From an uncultured bacterium (GTDB lineage: Bacteria > Caldisericota > Caldisericia > B22-G15), in the NCBI GenBank assembly GCA_965612865.1, contig CBFDTJ010000018.1, positions 1-22,914 of the forward strand: a stretch of DNA of 22,914 nt, in the 5' to 3' direction. Positions 8,544 through 16,083 of this stretch are shown here, in pieces. The notes below the pieces were generated by a model, which was given only the letters and a program-made list of their open reading frames with translations, was not told the DNA's origin and did no database searches. The position numbers and the translations under genes are program-made. How positions within the stretch are numbered: the first letter of the stretch is position 1; the number at the start of each line of letters is the position of its first letter.

Positions 8544-11033
8544 ATGAAAGTTGTGATAATGGCTGGGGGGTTTGGTACAAGATTAAGGCCCTTAACTGTA
8601 AATATTCCAAAACCCATGGTTCCCCTTGCAAACAAACCAATGATGGTTCATATAATAAAGCTTTTAAAGAGACACAACCTTAAAGATATAATTGTTATCC
8701 TTTATCATCAGCCACAATTAATAAAGGACTACTTTAAAGACGGAAAAGAGTTTGGGGTAAAAATTGAGTATGTTACAAGTGAAGAGGATTTAGGTACTGC
8801 AGGAGCTGTAGGGCTGGCAAGGGACAAACTAAAAGAAACTTTTCTTGTTATCTCTGGCGATGTTCTTACAGATTTTAATCTTTCAGAGGTTATTTCTTTT
8901 CATAAAGACAATAAATCTCTTGCCACAATTACCCTTACAAGAGTTGAGAATCCACTTCAATACGGGATAGTTATAACCGATACAAAGGGAAGGATTAAAA
9001 GATTCCTTGAGAAACCGTCATGGGGAGAAGTTTTCTCTGACACCATAAACACCGGTATATATGTGCTCGAACCGGATATTTTTGAGTTTGTTCCTGAAGG
9101 AAAGGAATTTGATTTCTCTAAAAACCTGTTTCCTCAAATTCTTTCAAAGAAACTTCCTCTCTTTGGTTTTATTTCAGATGGTTATTGGAGAGATATAGGA
9201 AACATAAGGGAATACAAAAGAGCCCATATGGATATTTTGAGAGGGAGAGTTGATATAGAAATTGAGGGAAGAAGAGTGGGAAAGATTGGAAGTGATGTAT
9301 GGGTTGGTGAAAACTCTCATATAAAAGATATTAAAGATTTCCACGGGGCAGTTGTTATCGGGAAGAATGTTAATGTGGGAGTTGCAGAAATAACAAACTC
9401 TTTTATTGGAGATAATGTAAAGATAGAAGATGGAACTCTTATAGAAAACTCTATTATATGGGACAGTACTTCAATAGAAAGGAACTGTAAAATAATAAAT
9501 TCTGTAATATGTAGAAGAGTAAAGATAAGAGAAAGTGCTATTCTTGAGGGGGATAACACCGTATCAGATGATTGTGAGATAGGAAAAGGGGCCAAGTTAA
9601 GACCAACAATATCCATATGGCCCAATAAAATTGTGGAAGATGGAGCTGTGGTAACAAGCAGTCTTGTGTGGGGTAAGGTATGGACAAGGTCCCTTTTTGG
9701 ATCATATGGAATACTCGGAGTAAATAATGTTGAGGTAACTCCTGAGTTTGCTGCGAAACTCGGGTGTGCCTATGGCACATTTCTTGGTAAGGGTGCTGTT
9801 GTGTATACAGGAAGAGATGCCCACGAATCATCAAGGATGATCAAAAGAGCTCTTATAGCTGGTTTAATGGCTACAGGGGTTGATGTTATGGACCTTCGAG
9901 CATCTCCTGTTCCTCTTGTGAGATTTGCCATAAAGAGTTTAAATGGAAGTGGTGGACTTCATGTTAAGAGGTCTCCTTTTGATCCAAACTTTATAAATAT
10001 AAAGTTCTTTGATAGATCAGGATACGATATCTCACCTGGTCAGGAAAAATCTATTGAAAGATTATTTTTTAGAGAAGAATTTAACAGAGCGAGTGTAGAA
10101 GATGTGGGACATTTGGATATTCCACCAAGGGTGGTGGAATCTTACAGGGAATTTTATCTTGACAATTTAGATGTAAAGAGCATTAAGAATTCAAGTCTTA
10201 AATTTGTAATTGATTATTCCTATGGTACACCAGTGTTGTTCTTCCCGGCAATAATAGGTGATTTTGGTCTTGAAATAGTTTCTTTGAATGCATATATGGA
10301 TGGTAAGAGATCTGTAAGGTCATTATCAGAATTCAAAGAGGCACTCAACAAAGTTTCATCAGTGGTAAAATCTCTTGATGCCCACTTTGGTGTGCTTCTT
10401 GATGCTGGTGGAGAAAAGATTTTTGGAATAGATGCTACAGGAGAAATACTGTCAAATACAAGACTTGTTGCTATATTTTTGAAGTTATTAAAAGGGGAGA
10501 AAGAGGAGTTTTCTGTTACTCTTCCTGTAAATGCATCCTTTGAACTTGAGCAGTACATAAAATCACTGAATATAGGGATACGCTGGTCATCCACGCTGTC
10601 CCGAAACATTATAAGAGAAGCTTCAAAAACAGATATAGCAGTAGATTTGATGGGTGGGTTCATATTCTCAAATTTCCTTCCATTCTTTGATGGTATGTAC
10701 AGTGTTGGGAAATTTATAGAGCTTCTATCCAAGTTTGAGGGAGAGTTAAGTGAGTTAAAGAAAGAGACTCCGAAGAGAGATCCCAGTCACATAGAAATTC
10801 CATGTCCATGGGAACTTAAGGGAAGAGTAATGAGAAATCTATCTGAGAAAACATCTGATCTATCAGAATTAATTGAAGGTGTGAAGTTTAGAGAAGAAGA
10901 TGGGTTTGTGTTTGTGCTACCAGATAGCGATAGGGCTGTAATTCACATATACTCAAGTTTTATTAAGGAAGAGAAAGAAAGAAAGAGAATGAAGGAAATC
11001 AAAGAAAGGATTGAATCATGGATAAAGAAATAA
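8544..11033 (+). CDS. Sugar-1-phosphate nucleotidyltransferase (mannose-1-phosphate guanylyltransferase-like) with left-handed beta-helix and C-terminal phosphohexomutase-like domain
   Basis: N-terminal AGGFGTRLRPLT..IPKPMVP, LGTAG, SGDVLTD, FLEKP, NTGIY, YWRDIG; hexapeptide-repeat region; from about 9693 a PGM/PMM-like fold (LFGSYGILG, TPEFAAKLGCAYG, GRD, SRMIKRA). SD AAGGAGG. Confidence 0.88.
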   Translation: MKVVIMAGGFGTRLRPLTVNIPKPMVPLANKPMMVHIIKLLKRHNLKDIIVILYHQPQLIKDYFKDGKEFGVKIEYVTSEEDLGTAGAVGLARDKLKETFLVISGDVLTDFNLSEVISFHKDNKSLATITLTRVENPLQYGIVITDTKGRIKRFLEKPSWGEVFSDTINTGIYVLEPDIFEFVPEGKEFDFSKNLFPQILSKKLPLFGFISDGYWRDIGNIREYKRAHMDILRGRVDIEIEGRRVGKIGSDVWVGENSHIKDIKDFHGAVVIGKNVNVGVAEITNSFIGDNVKIEDGTLIENSIIWDSTSIERNCKIINSVICRRVKIRESAILEGDNTVSDDCEIGKGAKLRPTISIWPNKIVEDGAVVTSSLVWGKVWTRSLFGSYGILGVNNVEVTPEFAAKLGCAYGTFLGKGAVVYTGRDAHESSRMIKRALIAGLMATGVDVMDLRASPVPLVRFAIKSLNGSGGLHVKRSPFDPNFINIKFFDRSGYDISPGQEKSIERLFFREEFNRASVEDVGHLDIPPRVVESYREFYLDNLDVKSIKNSSLKFVIDYSYGTPVLFFPAIIGDFGLEIVSLNAYMDGKRSVRSLSEFKEALNKVSSVVKSLDAHFGVLLDAGGEKIFGIDATGEILSNTRLVAIFLKLLKGEKEEFSVTLPVNASFELEQYIKSLNIGIRWSSTLSRNIIREASKTDIAVDLMGGFIFSNFLPFFDGMYSVGKFIELLSKFEGELSELKKETPKRDPSHIEIPCPWELKGRVMRNLSEKTSDLSELIEGVKFREEDGFVFVLPDSDRAVIHIYSSFIKEEKERKRMKEIKERIESWIKK

Positions 11034-12454
11034 AATTTGGCACATCTGGATGGAGAGGAATAATTGCCGAGGATTTTACTTTTCCAAATGTAAGAAAGGT
11101 AACAAGAGCCATAATAAAATTTATGAAGGAAAAGGGTTACCACAAAAATGGAATTGTTGTAGGCTATGATACAAGATTTCTATCAAAAGAATTTGCCATG
11201 ACTGTTTCCACCATTTTTGCCGAAGATAATATTAAGGTTTTTTTTACAGAGCACCCCACCCCCACTCCAGTTATAAGTTTTGAAATAATAAAAAAAAGTA
11301 CCGGCGGAGGCGTGAATATAACAGCTTCCCATAACCCTTTCTATTATTCAGGAATAAAGTACTCACCTCCCTGGGGTGGACCAGCGGAGCCAGAGGTAAC
11401 GAAAATGATAGAGGGTTTTATTCCTCATTCTTCTTCTATGAAACCTAAGGGGGAATTTGATGATTATGTTAAATCAGGAATTATAGAGGTTTTCGATCCC
11501 TTAAAAGAATATACATCTTCTATAAAAAAACTTTTCCCCTTTGATTTTAATTTCAAAAAACCTGTAATATTTGATCTTCTATTTGGTACAGGTACAAGAT
11601 ATGTAAAAGAACTATTTAAAGATTTTACAAATATAAAACTGATACATGACTCTATTGATCCATTCTTTGGCGGTCTTGAACCGGTTCCATATAAGCATGA
11701 ACTTAGAGAGTTGAAAGAGCATGTAAAAAAAGAAGGAGCAATTATCGGTTTAGCCCTTGACGGAGATAGTGACAGGTTTGGAGTGATATCTTCAGATGGC
11801 TCCTTTATAACTCCTAATGAGGTTATTTCTATAATATCTTATTTCCTTATTCCTCAGTGGAAAAAGAGTGTGAAAAAAAATCTTGGTATAGGAAGAACTA
11901 TTTCTACTACAAGACTTTTAGATGAGATTGCATCTTACTTTGATATTCCCCTTTATGAAACTCCCGTAGGTTTTAAATATATAGGTATGCTTATAAGAGA
12001 TGAGAAGATATTTATAGGTGGAGAGGAAAGTGGAGGTCTTTCTATACATGGTTGGTTGCCTGAGAAAGACGGGATACTTGCCAATCTCCTTGTTCTCGGT
12101 ATAGTAGAGGATAAAAAATCGCCCCCAAAGGAACTAATAGAAGAAATATACAAAAAATTTGGCAAGTTTTACACACATAGAATTGATATAAGGTTTAAAG
12201 AGGAAGAGGCAGAAGGAGTAGTTGAGTTTATAAGGAGCTTTGATAGGGATTCATTGTTTGGTTTGAAAGTTAAAGAGATTAACAGAAAGGATGGACTCCT
12301 TATAAAATTTGAAGATGGGGTTTCATGGGTGCTCTTAAGAAAATCTGGAACAGAGAATGTTATAAGATTTTACTTTGAATCAAAGGATAGAGCTATTTTT
12401 AAGATAATAGAAGAGAAATCCAGGGGACTTATAGATTATATAATGGAAAAATAA
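11018..12454 (+). CDS. Phosphoglucomutase/phosphomannomutase (alpha-D-phosphohexomutase)
   Basis: All catalytic motifs are intact: FGTSGWRG, GYDTR, ITASHNP (phosphoserine), DGDSDR (metal loop), TPVGFKYI, GEESGG, RKSGTE. Overlaps the upstream gene by 16 nt. Confidence 0.93.
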   Translation: MDKEIKFGTSGWRGIIAEDFTFPNVRKVTRAIIKFMKEKGYHKNGIVVGYDTRFLSKEFAMTVSTIFAEDNIKVFFTEHPTPTPVISFEIIKKSTGGGVNITASHNPFYYSGIKYSPPWGGPAEPEVTKMIEGFIPHSSSMKPKGEFDDYVKSGIIEVFDPLKEYTSSIKKLFPFDFNFKKPVIFDLLFGTGTRYVKELFKDFTNIKLIHDSIDPFFGGLEPVPYKHELRELKEHVKKEGAIIGLALDGDSDRFGVISSDGSFITPNEVISIISYFLIPQWKKSVKKNLGIGRTISTTRLLDEIASYFDIPLYETPVGFKYIGMLIRDEKIFIGGEESGGLSIHGWLPEKDGILANLLVLGIVEDKKSPPKELIEEIYKKFGKFYTHRIDIRFKEEEAEGVVEFIRSFDRDSLFGLKVKEINRKDGLLIKFEDGVSWVLLRKSGTENVIRFYFESKDRAIFKIIEEKSRGLIDYIMEK

Positions 12455-12463
12455 GGAGGAACC

Positions 12464-13447
12464 ATGTTTGAAATTTTATTTGAATTTCCAAAGAATTTTA
12501 AAGAAGCAAAGAAAATATCTGAGCAAACTGAAATTAAATTAAAGAGCATATCAAGCATAAGGAATATAGTTATCTCTGGAATGGGAGGTTCCGGATTCTC
12601 CGGCGATTTTATCCTTTCACTCTTTAGGGATAGCATAAAAATACCTATAACTATAAGTAAATACTACTCTCTACCAGAGTTTGTAAATGATAAAACCCTA
12701 CTTATACTTGTTTCCTATTCAGGCAATACAGAAGAAGTTCTTTCCTCTCTTGAAGATGGTATTAAGAGAGGAGCAAGTATTGTTGCAATTTCATCTGATG
12801 GAAGATTAGAGGAGTTTACAAAGGATAAATATATATTTTTCAAGATACCCTCTGGTTACCCCCCAAGAATGGCTCTTCCGTTTCTATTCTATCCCATCTA
12901 CTACACTCTCAAAAATTTTGTGGAAAAGGATTTTGGAGAAGAGGAATTTTTTGACTTACTCCCATCTTTGTATGAGCCTTTTAAAAATAAAGATAACGAA
13001 GCAAAAAGGTTGGCAGAGACAATGTATGGTAAAATTCCTGTAGTTTATTCTTCCTTTTCCCTTAAACCTGTCGCTTTAAGGTGGAAACAGGAGATAAATG
13101 AAAATTCAAAAAATCCAGCATATGATCAATATTTTCCTGAATTAAATCATAATGAAACGGTTTCGTGGGATTCCAACTTATTTAAAGAGGAACTTATTTT
13201 TATAATCTTAAGAGACCAGTATGATTCTGAAAGGATGAGTAAAAGGATTGATGTAAGTAAGGAATTTCTGAAAAGCAGGGGGTGGAAATTTAAAGAATAT
13301 AGATCTTCCGGTAGAGGAAAGCTCTTAAACCTCTTTTCCCTTATACCTTTAGGTGATTTTACCTCCATCTATCTTTCACTTTTAAATAGCGTGGAAGCAA
13401 AACCAGTAAAAATAATTGAAGAATTAAAAAAGAGGTTAAAGAGTTAG
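12464..13447 (+). CDS. Bifunctional phosphoglucose/phosphomannose isomerase (SIS-domain PGI/PMI family)
   Basis: GMGGSG, SYSGNTEE, PPRMA, RWKQEINENSK, PELNHNE; 327 aa fits this family. SD AAGGAGG. Confidence 0.9.
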   Translation: MFEILFEFPKNFKEAKKISEQTEIKLKSISSIRNIVISGMGGSGFSGDFILSLFRDSIKIPITISKYYSLPEFVNDKTLLILVSYSGNTEEVLSSLEDGIKRGASIVAISSDGRLEEFTKDKYIFFKIPSGYPPRMALPFLFYPIYYTLKNFVEKDFGEEEFFDLLPSLYEPFKNKDNEAKRLAETMYGKIPVVYSSFSLKPVALRWKQEINENSKNPAYDQYFPELNHNETVSWDSNLFKEELIFIILRDQYDSERMSKRIDVSKEFLKSRGWKFKEYRSSGRGKLLNLFSLIPLGDFTSIYLSLLNSVEAKPVKIIEELKKRLKS

Positions 13448-14430
13448 TACATTAGATCAGGATCAATTCTGTTTTCTATATCCTCTCCCTTTAAGAATCT
13501 TACTATATTCTTAAAGGAAAACTTCCAGTTTCTTTCTATGGATTCATAAGTGTATCCAGCAGTATGTGGGCTCATGAGGGCATTATCAAATTTGTGGATT
13601 GGGTAGTTAGACGGGAATGAGAAATTTCCAGTTTTTGGATATATATACCAGGTATCTATAGCCGCACCTTTTAACTTTTTTGTTTCTAAAGCTTTAAATA
13701 GAGCTTCCTCATTTACAACCTCTCCTCTTGAAACATTTATGAAATACTTTCCTTCCATCAGAGAGAATTCCCTTTCACCAATTAAGTTTCTTGTCTCTTC
13801 TGTTAAAGGAACAGAGACAAATATAAAGTGAGATTTTCTAATTATTTTATCCATCTCTCGTGGTGGGTAAATTTCATCCACAAAGGCACTTATCTTATCA
13901 AGATTTTTTTCAGGATGTCTTTTAGTAGCAATAACTTTCATTCCAAAGCATTTTGCTCTCTTTGCCATTTCAATTCCTATACTTCCAAGACCAATTATTC
14001 CCAGTGTCTTTCCGTAGACTTCCAGGAGTGGTTCTTTGTTCATCCAGCCATGCCATATTCCATATCTTAAATCTTTATCCCAGGGAACTATTTTCTTTAT
14101 GAGAGACAGAAGGAGAGTAAATCCATGCTCTGCAACAGTTATGGCATTTTCATGGGCATTAGCAACAATAATTTCTTTCTCTTTGATTCCTTTAAAATCT
14201 ATCATATCAACACCTGCATAGGGAACTTGAATAAATTTCAATCTCTTTGCTTTACTTAGAAATTTTTCATCTATAACTCCACCAACAACCACATCTGCAA
14301 GTGGAATTACCTCATCTTTTCTATCATATGGTAAAACATTTACATCAAAAAATTTCTCTTCTTCCATAATCTCTTTAAGAACACCTTCCCAGTTTTCTGG
14401 AGGTGGTATTAAAAACAAAACATTCCCCAT
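13444..14430 (-). CDS. D-isomer-specific 2-hydroxyacid dehydrogenase family protein
   Basis: AGVD, VAEH, GKTLGIIGLGSIG (Rossmann), PLTEETRNLI, INVSRG, GAAIDTW, SPHTAG. SD AGGGAGG in the 15-nt gap after the mutase gene. Confidence 0.9.
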   Translation of the reverse strand: MGNVLFLIPPPENWEGVLKEIMEEEKFFDVNVLPYDRKDEVIPLADVVVGGVIDEKFLSKAKRLKFIQVPYAGVDMIDFKGIKEKEIIVANAHENAITVAEHGFTLLLSLIKKIVPWDKDLRYGIWHGWMNKEPLLEVYGKTLGIIGLGSIGIEMAKRAKCFGMKVIATKRHPEKNLDKISAFVDEIYPPREMDKIIRKSHFIFVSVPLTEETRNLIGEREFSLMEGKYFINVSRGEVVNEEALFKALETKKLKGAAIDTWYIYPKTGNFSFPSNYPIHKFDNALMSPHTAGYTYESIERNWKFSFKNIVRFLKGEDIENRIDPDLMY

Positions 14431-14445
14431 TAGTAATTCCTCCCT

Positions 14446-16032
14446 TTATAGTACCGGTGGTATCTCAAACTCACCAAATACTTCCTTAAGTTCCTTAATT
14501 ATTTCTCCAAGGGTTACCTTTCTCTTAACTGCTTCAAGAATATAGGGCATGAGATTTTCATCTGTTTTTGCCTTTTCTCTAAGATTTTTTAAAGCTTCTT
14601 TGGTGGACGAGAAATCTCTATTTTTTCTAAACTCTTTTAACTTCTCCACTCTCTCTTCTCGTACCCTTGGATCAACTCTAAATATTTTAACTTCTGTCTC
14701 TTCCTCAGTTTTAAATTTATTCTTTCCAACAATTATTCTTTCTCCGTTCTCAACTTCTTCTTGATATTTATATGCTGAATCCAGTATCTCCTTTTGAGGA
14801 ATTCCTTTCATTATAGCTTCTTTCATACCTCCAGCATCATCTATTCTCTTAATCAGCTCAAAACTTCTCTTTTCTATTTCGTCAGTTAACTCTTCTATAA
14901 CATAACTTCCTCCAAGTGGATCTACAGTTTCAGAAACACCACTCTCGTAAGCTATAATCTGCTGAGTTCTTAAAGCAATCTTCACAGCTTCCTCAGATGG
15001 AAGTGCAAGGGCTTCATCGTAAGAGTTTGTATGCAAAGATTGAGTTCCGCCCAGTACTGCAGCAAGAGCCTGCAAGGTAACTCTTATGATATTGTTTAGA
15101 GGTTGCTCAGCTGTTAATGTGGAACCACCGGTTTGAGTGTGAAATCTTAATCTCATTGACTTTGGGTTCTTCGCATTAAATCTTTCCTTCATGATTTTTG
15201 CCCACATCCTTCTTGCCGCTCTAAACTTTGCAACTTCCTCCAGGAGATTATTATGTGCTGCAAAGAAAAAGGATAATCTTGGGGCAAAGGAATCTACATC
15301 GAGATCTCTATCAAGAAGAAGCTCCACATACTCTATTGCATCAGCAAGGGTGAAGCCCAATTCCTGCACCGCATTACTTCCTGCTTCTCTTATGTGATAG
15401 CCAGAGATGCTTATACCGTTCCATTTTGGTATCTCTTTTGAACACCACTCAATTAAGTCAGCCACAAGTCTTAAAGAAGGTTCTGGTGGAAATATGTATG
15501 TACCTCTTGCAATGTATTCCTTTAATATATCATTCTGTACAGTTCCTCTTAAAAGCTTTCTATCTATTCCTCTACTTTCTGCAATAGCAACATACATGGC
15601 AAGAAGTATGGAAGCAGTGGAGTTTATAGTCATTGATGTGGACACTTTATCAAGCGGGATTTCACTGAATAATTCATCCATATCATCAATGGTGGATATC
15701 GCTACTCCTACCTTTCCCACTTCCCCAAGTGCAATTTCGTCGTCAGAATCATACCCTATCTGTGTGGGTAAATCAAAGGCCACAGATAAACCAGTTTGAC
15801 CCTGGGAGAGTAGGTATCTGTATCTTTCATTAGTTTCCTTTGCGGTTCCAAATCCTGCATACTGCCTCATTGTCCAGAGTCTTCCTCTGTACATGGTAGG
15901 ATAGACTCCTCTTGTGAAAGGATACTCACCTGGTTCCCCAAGTTTCTCATCATAGTTGAAATCCTTATCTGGATGATAAACTCTTTCTATCTCAATTCCA
16001 CTTGTTGTAAAAAATTTTCTTTCCTCTTCCAT
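14446..16032 (-). CDS. Methylmalonyl-CoA mutase, substrate-binding (large) subunit, without B12-binding domain
   Basis: [82 protein letters not shown]. Ends at 528 aa with no DxHxxG cobalamin motif. SD AAGGAGGT at 16037-16044. Confidence 0.93.
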   Translation of the reverse strand: MEEERKFFTTSGIEIERVYHPDKDFNYDEKLGEPGEYPFTRGVYPTMYRGRLWTMRQYAGFGTAKETNERYRYLLSQGQTGLSVAFDLPTQIGYDSDDEIALGEVGKVGVAISTIDDMDELFSEIPLDKVSTSMTINSTASILLAMYVAIAESRGIDRKLLRGTVQNDILKEYIARGTYIFPPEPSLRLVADLIEWCSKEIPKWNGISISGYHIREAGSNAVQELGFTLADAIEYVELLLDRDLDVDSFAPRLSFFFAAHNNLLEEVAKFRAARRMWAKIMKERFNAKNPKSMRLRFHTQTGGSTLTAEQPLNNIIRVTLQALAAVLGGTQSLHTNSYDEALALPSEEAVKIALRTQQIIAYESGVSETVDPLGGSYVIEELTDEIEKRSFELIKRIDDAGGMKEAIMKGIPQKEILDSAYKYQEEVENGERIIVGKNKFKTEEETEVKIFRVDPRVREERVEKLKEFRKNRDFSSTKEALKNLREKAKTDENLMPYILEAVKRKVTLGEIIKELKEVFGEFEIPPVL

Positions 16033-16053
16033 GGAGACCTCCTTCTCACATTT

Positions 16054-16083
16054 TTTATACCATATCTGTTATAATTTAATCAA
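16054..16083 (-). promoter_or_regulatory. Putative sigma70-type promoter for the mutase-dehydrogenase operon
   Basis: Minus strand reads TTGATT (16078-16083), an 18-nt spacer ending in TGG, then TATAAA (16054-16059): an extended -10 (TGnTATAAA) lying shortly upstream of the SD. Confidence 0.55.
16067..16075 (+). promoter_or_regulatory. Putative extended -10 promoter (TGnTATAAT) for the permease gene
   Basis: TGTTATAAT ends 8 nt before ATG 16084; there is no SD in between. Confidence 0.55.

Noticed and set aside
10220..10732. 170-aa antisense ORF, and the other 60-130 aa alternative-frame ORFs in the track
   Set aside because: All lie within or across well-supported genes, are Ser/Phe/Leu-rich mirrors of the sense codon bias and show no recognisable motifs.
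11290..11880. A8 homopolymers at 11290-11297 and 11873-11880 as phase-variation or frameshift sites
   Set aside because: The gene is in frame and intact; Lys-codon A runs are expected in AT-rich DNA.
16033..16083. Cobalamin riboswitch upstream of the mutase
   Set aside because: The 51-nt AT-rich gap is too short and lacks B12-box features.
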